Part shown: piece after piece, positions 7,536 through 16,526 of the stretch
Layout of the letters: the number at the start of each line of letters is the position of its first letter
Numbering within the stretch: the stretch's first letter is position 1
Origin: a virus
Lineage: Duplodnaviria; Caudoviricetes
IMG/VR virus record: IMGVR_UViG_2551306162_000001
Coordinates: 30,473 to 94,472 of that record
Reading direction: 5' to 3' (one strand)
DNA: 64,000 bases
The notes under the pieces: model-generated
Told to the model about the DNA's origin: nothing
Databases searched by the model: none
Seen by the model: the letters and a program-made list of their open reading frames with translations, nothing else
Translations under genes and position numbers: made by a program

Positions 7536-7873
7536 CAGCGGTCGTCCCCATTTCCTCCGAGCACGCCGCGCTCCCGGCGGGACGCGAGCTTCGCCAGGTT
7601 CGCGACCGCGATATCGCCCAGCGACAGGCCGAGTTCGTGGGCGGTCATCGCAACGTACCAGAGCAGGTCACCCAGCTCCTTACCCATCGCGTCCCGCTGC
7701 ACGACGGTGAGCTCGCCGGCGTGGTCGCGCAGCAGCTTCTTCACCTTGCCCTGCACTTCCCCTGCTTCGCCGAGGCCCAGCGCGCAGTACAGCAAGCCCG
7801 TGAGCTCGCCCTGGCCGGGATAGATCGCAGTGTCGGCCGCGCGGGACTGGTACCCGTCCAACGTCTCAGCCAA
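7535..7873 (-). CDS. MazG-like NTP pyrophosphohydrolase
   Basis: LGLGEAGEV...KELGDLLWY...N..KL. Confidence 0.9.
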   Translation of the reverse strand: MAETLDGYQSRAADTAIYPGQGELTGLLYCALGLGEAGEVQGKVKKLLRDHAGELTVVQRDAMGKELGDLLWYVAMTAHELGLSLGDIAVANLAKLASRRERGVLGGNGDDR

Positions 7874-8318
7874 GGTCGGTCTCCTTCGGGTTTGCGATCT
7901 CGATCAGGACATCGGCGTGACAGGATTTGTCGAGCGGGCACCAGCAAGCCAGGTCCCGGCCACCCAACTCGGCGCGCACGTGGGCGAGCAGTTCACCGCG
8001 GCCGAGGTTGTCCAGATCGCGGCCCAGGACGTACAGCCGGTACAGCTCGACGCACTGATCGCGGGTAGCGAGCCGCACGTCATGCCAGAACCCGACCGGT
8101 ATTCCGGCGTCATCCGTGCCGGTGCAAAAGAAGGTCCGCTGCCCAGTGGTCTTGTGCAGGCGGCCCTCGTACTCCCAGTCGGCGGCGACGCCGGGGACAC
8201 GGATCTGGGCCTGGCCGACGACGAACGGATTGCCCCACTTCGTGCCGCGCCCGACGTAGACGGCGCCGTCGGGCATCTTCCAGCCCTTCGTGCGTTTCCG
8301 CTGAATGCGCTCAGGCAT
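7866..8318 (-). CDS. DUF4326 family protein
   Basis: VYVGRGTKWGNPF...LACWCPLDKSCHADVL. Confidence 0.85.
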   Translation of the reverse strand: MPERIQRKRTKGWKMPDGAVYVGRGTKWGNPFVVGQAQIRVPGVAADWEYEGRLHKTTGQRTFFCTGTDDAGIPVGFWHDVRLATRDQCVELYRLYVLGRDLDNLGRGELLAHVRAELGGRDLACWCPLDKSCHADVLIEIANPKETDLG

Positions 8319-8529
8319 AGTCGGCCTCCAGCCAGACCAGCCGGCGCGTCATCCGCGATCCCATGTAGGCCAGCCAGTACAGCGGGTGCCATCGGCTGAC
8401 GCGCCGGTAGTGGTCCCCGCGGAGCTGGCGCACGTACCATCGGCCGTCCTCGCCCTCGCCGAGCAGGAGCAGGGTGTCGGCGCACACGCGGTCGGCGGTC
8501 TCGGTCCAGTGCTCAACGCGGTCAGCCAC
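8311..8529 (-). CDS. hypothetical protein
   Basis: Overlapping operon gene. Confidence 0.45.
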   Translation of the reverse strand: MADRVEHWTETADRVCADTLLLLGEGEDGRWYVRQLRGDHYRRVSRWHPLYWLAYMGSRMTRRLVWLEADYA

Positions 8530-9013
8530 GGCCGTCCTCCTCGGTGGGGATGTACACGGCCAGCAGGGGGCCGCCGCAATCGGCGTGGCCCTCTAGGTCT
8601 GCGCCGTCGTAGCGCTCGTCCTCGTCGCCCCACGCCGCCCAATGGATGTGGTCGTGTGTGCCGCCGTCGATCTCGTCCTCGACTTCCGACGGGCTGCACG
8701 CGCGCCGCCAGATGCAGGGGTCGGGGTTCGGGCAGTCGACGTGGAACAGGATCGTGCCGACGGGGAGCGTGTCGGCCTCGGCGGCCGTGGTGATCTCGCG
8801 GGCGGGTGGACGCACGCCCGCGGCGAGGATGGACGCGGCGAGCTTCCCGCGGCGGTATTCCTGCATCGCGTGAGCGCGGTGCTCGAAGCTGGGCCAGTCG
8901 GGGCGCCGGTGGTACTCCCGCTCGTCCTCCGGCCAGGTTTCGACGTACGGGCCTCGGTCAAGGTTCAGGCCGCTGCCCAGGATCACGGCGGCCAGGGTGT
9001 CGCGGTCGCTCAT
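8522..9013 (-). CDS. hypothetical protein
   Basis: Operonic packing, GC3 bias. Confidence 0.55.
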   Translation of the reverse strand: MSDRDTLAAVILGSGLNLDRGPYVETWPEDEREYHRRPDWPSFEHRAHAMQEYRRGKLAASILAAGVRPPAREITTAAEADTLPVGTILFHVDCPNPDPCIWRRACSPSEVEDEIDGGTHDHIHWAAWGDEDERYDGADLEGHADCGGPLLAVYIPTEEDGRG

Positions 9014-9086
9014 CGTCGTCCTCCTCGGGTGGTCACGACGCCGATGACGTAGCCAACGGCGAGGGAAATCCAGATCCAGATGTCCA

Positions 9087-9488
9087 TCACGCCTCCTCGG
9101 AGAGAAGTTCGGCCGCGCGCTGCCGGATCGACTCGTCGGCGCGGACCAGGTAGTGGGCGAACCCCGTGTACAGCTGCTCGACGCTGCCCATCTGCATGGT
9201 CGGGTTCAGGTCGAATCGGAGCCCGTGGCCAGCGAGGTCGGTGACGAACTCCTCGAGCTCGGCGACACGGGCCTGCAACTCGACCATCGTCGGCGCTGGG
9301 GTGTCGACACGGCGGTACTTCGACCGCAGGCTGCTGTAGTTCGTGCGCCGCTCCCGAGTCGACCCGGAAGTGCCTTTCACCAGCAGCTCGCAATCCCACT
9401 TCGACGCGAACAGCATGTCCACCACGACAACCGCGCGTTTGCCGTCCTTCGATACCCACTCAGAACCGGGCAGGTCAGTGAAGTTCAT
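9087..9488 (-). CDS. hypothetical protein
   Basis: Operonic packing. Confidence 0.55.
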   Translation of the reverse strand: MNFTDLPGSEWVSKDGKRAVVVVDMLFASKWDCELLVKGTSGSTRERRTNYSSLRSKYRRVDTPAPTMVELQARVAELEEFVTDLAGHGLRFDLNPTMQMGSVEQLYTGFAHYLVRADESIRQRAAELLSEEA

Positions 9489-10072
9489 CAGGCTGCCTTC
9501 CTTGGATTGGTGGCCGAAATGGCGCGGTAGTAGTCATCGGCAACCGCTTCGAAATCAAGTTCCGGGTGATGCCAGACGCGGCACCGTGCACGCGCGCACG
9601 CCAAGCAGGTCCGGCCGCCCTTCTTCTTCCACAGGGCCATGACGAGGTTCGGGTGCTCGAGAGGGTGGCCGCGCGGGCACTCGCGCTTGTTCACGTTGTG
9701 GTCTGTTCCGTGGCGCCGGCGGTCCCGCTGGTTCTCAGAGTGTGAGTCCCACCGGAGGTTGGACACCGCGTTGTTGCGCGGGTCACCGTCGTTGTGGCAC
9801 ACCTCCATTCCCTCGAACGGGCCGCCCAAGAACGCGATCGCAACGATGCGATGGACCAACGTCGCGGTGGACTTTCCGCGACTTGCCAGATGCACGCTCA
9901 CATGGCCCAGCGCGTTGATGCCGATAGGCGCCAGGATCTGACCGCGTGAGGTGCGGAGCGCACCTCCACGACACCGGACCAGTCGATCCAACGACCGGAC
10001 TCGGCCAGCGTCTGAAACCTCGTACTGCCCCTCGTAGCCGACTACCGGCAGCCACGTCTCAGAAGTCGTCAT
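9488..10072 (-). CDS. NUMOD4-HNH homing endonuclease
   Basis: WLPVVGYEGQYEVSDAGRVRS; VHRIVA; CHNDGDPRNNAVSNLRW. Confidence 0.92.
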   Translation of the reverse strand: MTTSETWLPVVGYEGQYEVSDAGRVRSLDRLVRCRGGALRTSRGQILAPIGINALGHVSVHLASRGKSTATLVHRIVAIAFLGGPFEGMEVCHNDGDPRNNAVSNLRWDSHSENQRDRRRHGTDHNVNKRECPRGHPLEHPNLVMALWKKKGGRTCLACARARCRVWHHPELDFEAVADDYYRAISATNPRKAA

Positions 10073-11015
10073 GGTCAGGCACCCCCAGCCGCATCAGCGG
10101 GACGCCAAGTCGGTACCAGAGGCGGCACACGGAAAGTCTGTCGTCGAATGCGCCCAGCACGTGAAAGCGATTCCGGATGTGCTCGTCAAACAAGCCGCTT
10201 TTCACCAGGTAGTCCGGCCGTTTGTCGCCCGCGGCGCGCATGTGCAGCTCGGTGAACATGACGCCGTGGTTGAGCAGCCAGTCGGCGGTCTCGGTCATGC
10301 AGTCGGAGTCGCGGCCGGACAGCACGATGATCGCGGAGTCGGCGGCCAGCTTCTGCACGACCTCGATGGTGTGCGCGATCGGCAGGTCGTCCTTGACCCG
10401 GCTGTAGTCGTAGATGTCGCGGTCCGGGTGCTTCTGCGCGAGCGTCCCGTCGACATCCACGATCCACGCAGGCGGCAGCGACGGGTCGGGCTCGTAGGGC
10501 ACCGGGTAGAAGTACAGGTCCGGGGACGGTTCGACCGGCGCCCACATCTTGCGCGGGAAGCGTTTGGCCAGCGCGCGGATCGCGTCCTCCCCCACCGTCC
10601 GGCCGCCATCCGCGCCGCGGGCGGCGTCACGGCGGACACATTCGTCTACGGGGGTTTCGAGGTCGATCACCTCGACGTCCGCGCCGTGCAGGGCGGCGAA
10701 GTTGGCCCAGCCGCGTGTCCACTGGGCGCGCAGGTTCATGGCGTCGACGAACACGTCGTAGCCGCCGTCGAGCAGGGCCGCTGCTTGGGCGCGTTCGGCT
10801 TTCGAGATGATCTCTTCCTGCGCGTGCGTGAGTCGGCCCTCCGCGGCGAACAGGGTGGCGCGCAGGTCGTCCCGCGACACCCGAGCCAGGTTGGGGTTGT
10901 CCGCGTGCATCCGCCGGAACAGGCTCGACTTCCCCGCCCCCGGCCAGCCGCGGGGAATGATCACCCGCGGGCTGGCCGGGACCGGGATCACGTCGACCAG
11001 ATCGGTGGCGGTCAT
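10059..11015 (-). CDS. polynucleotide kinase / 3'-phosphatase (T4 PseT-like)
   Basis: P-loop GWPGAGKS, SRDDLR, C-terminal HAD VDVDGTLA...SGR...FDDR. Confidence 0.9.
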   Translation of the reverse strand: MTATDLVDVIPVPASPRVIIPRGWPGAGKSSLFRRMHADNPNLARVSRDDLRATLFAAEGRLTHAQEEIISKAERAQAAALLDGGYDVFVDAMNLRAQWTRGWANFAALHGADVEVIDLETPVDECVRRDAARGADGGRTVGEDAIRALAKRFPRKMWAPVEPSPDLYFYPVPYEPDPSLPPAWIVDVDGTLAQKHPDRDIYDYSRVKDDLPIAHTIEVVQKLAADSAIIVLSGRDSDCMTETADWLLNHGVMFTELHMRAAGDKRPDYLVKSGLFDEHIRNRFHVLGAFDDRLSVCRLWYRLGVPLMRLGVPDHDDF

Positions 11016-11587
11016 GCTGCGACCCCACCTTCGGCCTCCAGGTCGACGGTGTTCTCGTCGTCGAGGGCTTTCGTCTCGTGCTGGAGGAAGATCGGCGACT
11101 TGGCCTTCAGTGTGGTCGGGTGCAGGGTGTCGACGGTGCGGATGCACACGCCTTCGTCGACGAGCTTCTTCGACCCCGACAGCGGGACCGCCTGGCCGTA
11201 GCCCTCGTCGTAGTAGCGGCGGTCGATCCAGTCGGCGGGGTCGAAATCCTTGTGCGCCAACTCCGTCAACACCGGCACCGTCTTCAGGCCGAGGTTCGCG
11301 CACCACTCGACGAGCTGGCCCCACGCGAGGTCGGTGATCAGGCCCTGCGGGTTGACGTGCGCGACACGGTACACGTACAGGTCAGCCTCGCCCTGGGGGA
11401 CGTTGTAGGTGTAGCCGGACTGGATCGGTTCGCCCTCGGGCGTCCAGCCGATGAGTTCGCCATAAACGACGAACCCCTCGGGAATCAGACCGTCGAGGCG
11501 ACGCCCGTAGTGCGTCCAGACGTCGCCGTTGAAATCGGCTGCCGTATCAGTCTTTCCAGTTGCCCGCGCCAGCAGCTTCTTCAGCAT
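11012..11587 (-). CDS. RNA ligase, C-terminal half of split gene
   Basis: Motifs III (VVYGELIG), IV (DEGVCI), V (LKAK); own RBS GGAGG-N7-ATG. Confidence 0.85.
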   Translation of the reverse strand: MLKKLLARATGKTDTAADFNGDVWTHYGRRLDGLIPEGFVVYGELIGWTPEGEPIQSGYTYNVPQGEADLYVYRVAHVNPQGLITDLAWGQLVEWCANLGLKTVPVLTELAHKDFDPADWIDRRYYDEGYGQAVPLSGSKKLVDEGVCIRTVDTLHPTTLKAKSPIFLQHETKALDDENTVDLEAEGGVAA

Positions 11588-12029
11588 GCTTCTTCCTCCG
11601 GTGATAGTCCTGCGAGTAGGTGTTTTCCGCGTCCTTGCACGGTTGGCAGCGGCAGGAGTAGAGGCCGTACATCGCGCGGGTGCCGTGCTGGACCCGCCCC
11701 TTTTCCTGTCGCCGTGGAGGTCGGGTCTCGTTGTGGGCCAACATCTCGCCGATACGGTTCGACCTTCGTGTACCCATGTACGGGAGAATCGCTGTCACGA
11801 CGTTGAGCACCTCGCGACGGTTTCCGATTCGCCACGTGTATGCCTGCTTGCGCCCCTCACGGAGTGCCTCTGCGCGGACCGAGCCGTAGCCGACAACGTC
11901 GCAGAGGCGCTGGATGACATCTCGATCAGTCATCGTGCAGTTGACAGCAAGCCCACCGTTGCCCTTGATGAGGAAGCAGCCTTCCCCTTCAAGCAGTCCA
12001 GCGACCCAAGCGGTTTCTTCCGGGGTCAA
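11547..12029 (-). CDS. single-motif LAGLIDADG homing endonuclease with C-terminal Zn motif
   Basis: AWVAGLLEGEGCF; HGT..Y..CRC..C; TTG start overlapping ligase-N stop (TTGA). Confidence 0.88.
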   Translation of the reverse strand: MTPEETAWVAGLLEGEGCFLIKGNGGLAVNCTMTDRDVIQRLCDVVGYGSVRAEALREGRKQAYTWRIGNRREVLNVVTAILPYMGTRRSNRIGEMLAHNETRPPRRQEKGRVQHGTRAMYGLYSCRCQPCKDAENTYSQDYHRRKKHAEEAAGAGNWKD

Positions 12030-12808
12030 CGGTCCACCTTCGAACCATAGAAGTGGTTCTGCTCCGCCTTCGGGTCCTTGATGACCCTTCGGCTGCCGTA
12101 CACGGTGTCGTAGATGTACTCGGCGACCGGCACCTTCAGCCAATGGGCGGCGAGCTTGTCACGCCAGGTCGGCTTCCGCTTCGCGATGGTGTTGCCGATC
12201 CGGATGCTCGTGCCGTGCAGCTTCTGGGTGATCACCACCCGCGCCTCCGGGTCGATCAGGTGTTCGTTGCCCCAGTAGCGGGTGGTGTCGTAGTGCTCGG
12301 GCAGGAACTTCGCGTCGACCCGCACGAACTTCTTGGTCGCCTTGGCCTGCGCCGACACCCGGCCGCTGCCCTTCACGGGCCGCTCGTACTTGCGGCAGAT
12401 CTCGTGGTCGTCGAGGGCGTCGAAGGTGTCGCCTGGTCGCAGCTTCGTCACGTCGTACCCGGTGTAGGCCAGCGACTCGAGCGGCATGAACAGGGCGTCG
12501 CTGCGGTGGCCGCGGAGCTTGATCGCTCGGACGCGGCGGTTGCGCTCCAGGTAGCCCTTCTCGGCCTGGTCAGCGTTCAGGCTGGGCTCGCGGTGCAGGT
12601 TGTTGGCCCGCGCGTACTCCTCCGACAGCTGCGTCTCGGCCGTGAACACGACGCCGAGATCACCGGCGGCGCGGGTCTTGTCGACGATCGCCTGGTAGCC
12701 CAGCAGCGGCGCGCCGGCGATGTTGTCGCAGCCGGCCAGCTCGTTCACCGCGGGCAGCTGGACGACCACGGCCGCGTAGTTCGCGTTCTTGGGTGTGGTG
12801 AGTGCCAT
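12026..12808 (-). CDS. RNA ligase (DRB0094-like), N-terminal half of split gene
   Basis: OB-fold N-term (RVRAIKLRGHRS), motif I TQKLHGTS, GSRR. Confidence 0.85.
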   Translation of the reverse strand: MALTTPKNANYAAVVVQLPAVNELAGCDNIAGAPLLGYQAIVDKTRAAGDLGVVFTAETQLSEEYARANNLHREPSLNADQAEKGYLERNRRVRAIKLRGHRSDALFMPLESLAYTGYDVTKLRPGDTFDALDDHEICRKYERPVKGSGRVSAQAKATKKFVRVDAKFLPEHYDTTRYWGNEHLIDPEARVVITQKLHGTSIRIGNTIAKRKPTWRDKLAAHWLKVPVAEYIYDTVYGSRRVIKDPKAEQNHFYGSKVDR

Positions 12809-12815
12809 GCCCGAA

Positions 12816-12866
12816 ACAGTACGTTACGGTCCAATGCATTGCAATGCCGTTTACTGTATTGGATTA
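12816..12866 (-). promoter_or_regulatory. leaderless promoter in pentamer array
   Basis: TTGCAA-N17-TACTGT-N7-ATG. Confidence 0.7.
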
Positions 12867-13613
12867 TCGCAGGTTGAGCAGCATAACGTTGTCCGCTATC
12901 GACCTGTCGTCCATGTCCAGGATGTGCACCTCGGTCCGGTAGTCGCGGCCGATGAGCGGCGCGTCGAGGCGGCAGTGGTAGTGGCCCGCGAACAGGTGCT
13001 GCGGCCGGACTTCGTCGACGACGCGGGCGAGGAGTTCCCGGTGTCGTTGCGCGGCCGCGAGCTCCGCGTCCGGGAACCCGATCGGGTTGCCCTCGATGCT
13101 CGGGATGCGGACGCCGTCGGGGACGTCGTGGCAGATCATGATGTCGGCGTGCCCGCCGTTGGCCGCGGTGACCGCCTCGCCGATGGTGATGGTCTCGCGT
13201 GCCCACCACTCGCGGCTGGGGGTGCGCCAGGGCCGGTCGACGGAGTGCGCGCCGCCGAGCGCCAGGAACGACACCCCTGACCAGGTCCAGCGGTAGGTGC
13301 GGGGCAGGTAGTAGAGGCGGTCGCGTAGCGGGATCGCGGTGACACCGCGCTCGGCTTCGCGCGGATCGAGGTAGTCGTACGAGTCGTGGTTGCCGCCAAC
13401 GAACCCGAGCGGCAGACGGGTCTCGCGGAGGACGCGTTCGACCCGGCCGAGGAACTTGGGGTGGAAGTCGTAGCCGAAGTCACCGACATGCAGGATCGCT
13501 TCGGCGCCTTGCTCGGCGGCGTAACGGATAGCGCGGGCGGCATGGTACTGGTTGCCGTGCCAATCTCCCGCTACCGCGATCCGCGACGGTTCGACCGTCT
13601 CCCAGCCCGTCAT
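12864..13613 (-). CDS. calcineurin-like metallophosphoesterase
   Basis: GDWHG, HVGDFG, GGNHD, GHYH. Confidence 0.9.
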   Translation of the reverse strand: MTGWETVEPSRIAVAGDWHGNQYHAARAIRYAAEQGAEAILHVGDFGYDFHPKFLGRVERVLRETRLPLGFVGGNHDSYDYLDPREAERGVTAIPLRDRLYYLPRTYRWTWSGVSFLALGGAHSVDRPWRTPSREWWARETITIGEAVTAANGGHADIMICHDVPDGVRIPSIEGNPIGFPDAELAAAQRHRELLARVVDEVRPQHLFAGHYHCRLDAPLIGRDYRTEVHILDMDDRSIADNVMLLNLR

Positions 13614-13912
13614 CGGTCGATCACCTTCATCGTGGCGGGCCCGTACCTGCGGGCCATGCCGGCGAGGTACTCGCGCCCGACCGGGTTGGCGGTGTGGACG
13701 CGGAGCACGGCGGGCCAGTAGTCCTCTTCGCAGAGGTAGCGGATGATCGGGCGGGTGGTGTCCTCGCCGCCGAGGTCGTGATCCAGCGACAACCCTTCGA
13801 ACGGCTCGCCCTTCTCGCGGCACTGGTCGATGCGGCGGACCGCTTCCCGGAAATCGGTGATCAACTCCCAGCCCTCGGGTGCGGGCCGCTCGTCGTCGAC
13901 GAACAGTCTCAT
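13610..13912 (-). CDS. cyclic-phosphate processing receiver-like protein
   Basis: LFVDDER, SLDHDLG, HTANPVG. Confidence 0.8.
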   Translation of the reverse strand: MRLFVDDERPAPEGWELITDFREAVRRIDQCREKGEPFEGLSLDHDLGGEDTTRPIIRYLCEEDYWPAVLRVHTANPVGREYLAGMARRYGPATMKVIDR

Positions 13913-14151
13913 CACTGACCCCACCCGAGTTGGCGGATGCGCCGCGCGCGGTCGCCGTAGAGTTCGCGGCGCGCTGCGCGTTCGAGGGCGGCGTCGTGGC
14001 GGCGGCAGATCCGGTACCCCCAGTGGTCGGGCACATCGGGCCAGTCGTCAGCGTCGTCGCACAGGTCCTGGTCGAGCGGCACCCGCAGCACCGAGTGCGC
14101 GATGTTGTCGGCCAGGCACCACCAGAACATGCCGGGGCAGTGGATGATCAT
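13912..14151 (-). CDS. hypothetical protein
   Basis: Operonic packing. Confidence 0.45.
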   Translation of the reverse strand: MIIHCPGMFWWCLADNIAHSVLRVPLDQDLCDDADDWPDVPDHWGYRICRRHDAALERAARRELYGDRARRIRQLGWGQ

Positions 14152-14492
14152 GCAGCAGACTCAATCCTGAAGTTGCCGACGTCGCGGGCTTTCTGAATGA
14201 GTGCGCCGATCTCTCCCATATCGCACGACGGGTGCGACGCTTCGGCGAGGCGCTTGTTCAGGTGTGCGATCAGCACCTGCGGCGTCGTGATCTCAGTCAG
14301 ATCGTTCACTGCGGTGTCCTCGAACGGGCTGGGGCAGGAGCAACCGGAATCGTCCGCCATGTACAGGCGGTGCGTGGTGCTGTCCTGCCATACGACCGTG
14401 TAGTCGAAGCAGTAGAAGCCGTCGGAGAAGTCGAGGGTGCCGACGATGGTGAGCCCGTACTGCTCGGGCGCGTAGTACATGTTCTCACGCAT
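14148..14492 (-). CDS. conserved phage protein
   Basis: DSGCSCPSPF motif. Confidence 0.6.
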   Translation of the reverse strand: MRENMYYAPEQYGLTIVGTLDFSDGFYCFDYTVVWQDSTTHRLYMADDSGCSCPSPFEDTAVNDLTEITTPQVLIAHLNKRLAEASHPSCDMGEIGALIQKARDVGNFRIESAA

Positions 14493-14496
14493 TGGG

Positions 14497-15141
14497 TTAC
14501 TCCAGGATTCCGTTGGGGAGCGGCGCGCCGATGAGCGCACCGAGGAGCCGGTACTGTTCGGGCGCCCAGCTGGTTCCGCAGGCGATGCACTGTGCGGAGC
14601 TGAGATTCGCGCGCAGGGCGTAGGTGCGGACTTCTTCACCTGCACCGTTTCGCGTGGTGACATCTAAGGCACCGCAGGAGGGGCAGGCTGCCCGCAGCTC
14701 CCACTCTCGTTCCTCGTCCAGCAGCGCACGCACCCGCCGCGCCCACTCGTGCACCTGCCGTGTCATCCGCCGTACAGCAGCGAGATCCTCAGGCGCCCAC
14801 GGGTGGTCGGCCAGCGCGTACAGCCGGCGCGGTGTCACAGCCCGGCCGGGCACGCTGGCCTGTCCGATCGACCACTCCCCTACCCGGCGGTCGATCACCT
14901 CGAGCAGCGATAGCGCGTCAGCCCAGCCGGGCGCGCGGGAGCCGGGTTCGGGCCGGCGGGCGCCGCTGCCGTCCTGCTGCTGGCCGTGGGTGGATTCGGC
15001 GAGCTGGTCGTAGAGCGAGTCGATCGGGACCGATACCTGGCGGCCGTCGCGCTCGACGCGTTCTACCTGCATGCCGACGAGGGCGTGGACGGCGTCGGCC
15101 AGCGCGCGGCGGTGGCCGACGACCAGATCGTCTTCACTCAC
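14497..15141 (-). CDS. Zn-ribbon phage protein (possible late regulator)
   Basis: SLYDQL...CPSCG...CIACG..W. Confidence 0.6.
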   Translation of the reverse strand: MSEDDLVVGHRRALADAVHALVGMQVERVERDGRQVSVPIDSLYDQLAESTHGQQQDGSGARRPEPGSRAPGWADALSLLEVIDRRVGEWSIGQASVPGRAVTPRRLYALADHPWAPEDLAAVRRMTRQVHEWARRVRALLDEEREWELRAACPSCGALDVTTRNGAGEEVRTYALRANLSSAQCIACGTSWAPEQYRLLGALIGAPLPNGILE

Positions 15142-15333
15142 GCTGCTCGTCCTCTGGTTCGGTCTTGCCCCACGGATAGCCGCAGGCGGAGACGATCGTT
15201 TCGGGGTAGTCCGTCGTGCTGGTGACGAACTCGCCGGTGTGGACCAGGCCGCCGTTCGCGTACTCCGGTAGATCGGTCATGTCGTGCTCCGTGGGTCGGG
15301 TGCGGTGCTCGCGCGGGCGCGGCCTGGGATGTT

Positions 15334-15561
15334 TCAACGGCCCGCCGTGTAGCGCAGGCGCATCATCGCTGCGACCTTGTCGATGCTCTTCGCGGCGTCG
15401 AACGCGTCAGCGATGTCGACGCAGGCGACCATCGGCTTGCCGCGCATGGCGATCGGCCGTTGCCGTCGGTCGGCACGCCACAGGAACCAGACCGACGCGA
15501 GGCTGGCGGCGAGGGTGACTGTCGCGAATACAAACGCGGCAACGACGAGGGCGGTGGTCAT
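15334..15561 (-). CDS. small membrane protein
   Basis: N-terminal TM helix. Confidence 0.45.
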   Translation of the reverse strand: MTTALVVAAFVFATVTLAASLASVWFLWRADRRQRPIAMRGKPMVACVDIADAFDAAKSIDKVAAMMRLRYTAGR

Positions 15562-16023
15562 GAATCGTTCTCCGTTTCGCCGAATAGGTCGGCGGGGGTG
15601 ACTAGCCGGTGGGAATGCTGGAGGGCGTGCACGATTTGGAGAGCCCGAAATTCTTCGGGGGTGACGTGTCGGCCGCGCCAGATTTCGCATCCGTGGGATA
15701 CGCAGATGAGTGCGATCACGCCTTTGTCAATCGGTGTCATCGAGACCCGCTGACGCCGCGATAACCGAGCCGAGAAACGTGGGCACCACGATCCACCAGA
15801 CGAGAACGGCCAGGCCAGCGGCGGCGAGGCTAGTTGCAATCCGGCTCATCTGGCTCGTCCTCCGGGTCGCGGAACGGCACCCAGGGTCGGCCGGGCATGG
15901 TCGGGTCGAGGTATCCGGGCGGCTGATATTCGCGCGGGCTGTTCACGTCTTCGCGTTCGCTCATCACATTCCTCCATCTCACTCACAGAATATGGACGGA
16001 GTCAAACCCGATTAACACAGAAA

Positions 16024-16050
16024 TGCCCGCCACCGAAAAGGTGACGGGCA
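16024..16050 (-). terminator. intrinsic terminator
   Basis: TGCCCGTCACC-TTTTC-GGTGGCGGGCA then TTTCTGTGTT. Confidence 0.65.
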
Positions 16051-16064
16051 ATTCCTAGGATCGG

Positions 16065-16526
16065 TCAGGCCGCTTCGCGGAGAATGCGTTCCGCCGCCAT
16101 CCGGACTTCGGGCCATCCCGGCGGCGGCGGCCCCTCGCCGTACAGCGCGTACAGCAGGATGTCGGTTCGCACGAACGCGTCGACGATCCCCGCGCGCCGC
16201 TGCTCTGCCTCGCACAGTGCACCGACGAGGTCGAGGAGCCTGCCGGCCTCGAGCGCGCGGGCCTGCCAGTGCGTGCAGGACTCCACCACCTCGGCCAGGC
16301 GCCGGTTCGTCGCCCGGTGGCTGTCGTCGATGGCCTCGGCGACATCGGCCGCGACCCGCCGTTCGGCCGACGCCTTGAGTGCACGCTCCTGCCAGAAGCG
16401 GCGCGACCTCCACACCACACGCAGCAGCCGACTGGCCTTCTGCCGCGCGCGGTCGTGACCGTAGATCACCGCCCCGTACAGGCGTGCCTGGTACGGGGAG
16501 ATGTCGGGCTCATCCACGACGGCCAC
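16065..16526 (-). CDS. hypothetical protein
   Basis: Operonic packing. Confidence 0.5.
   Translation of the reverse strand: MAVVDEPDISPYQARLYGAVIYGHDRARQKASRLLRVVWRSRRFWQERALKASAERRVAADVAEAIDDSHRATNRRLAEVVESCTHWQARALEAGRLLDLVGALCEAEQRRAGIVDAFVRTDILLYALYGEGPPPPGWPEVRMAAERILREAA

Noticed and set aside
11527-12046. Group I intron or intein in the RNA ligase
   Set aside because: Only ~20 nt flank the endonuclease ORF on each side, no P7-type core is visible, the ORF is out of frame, and there are no intein C1/HN termini
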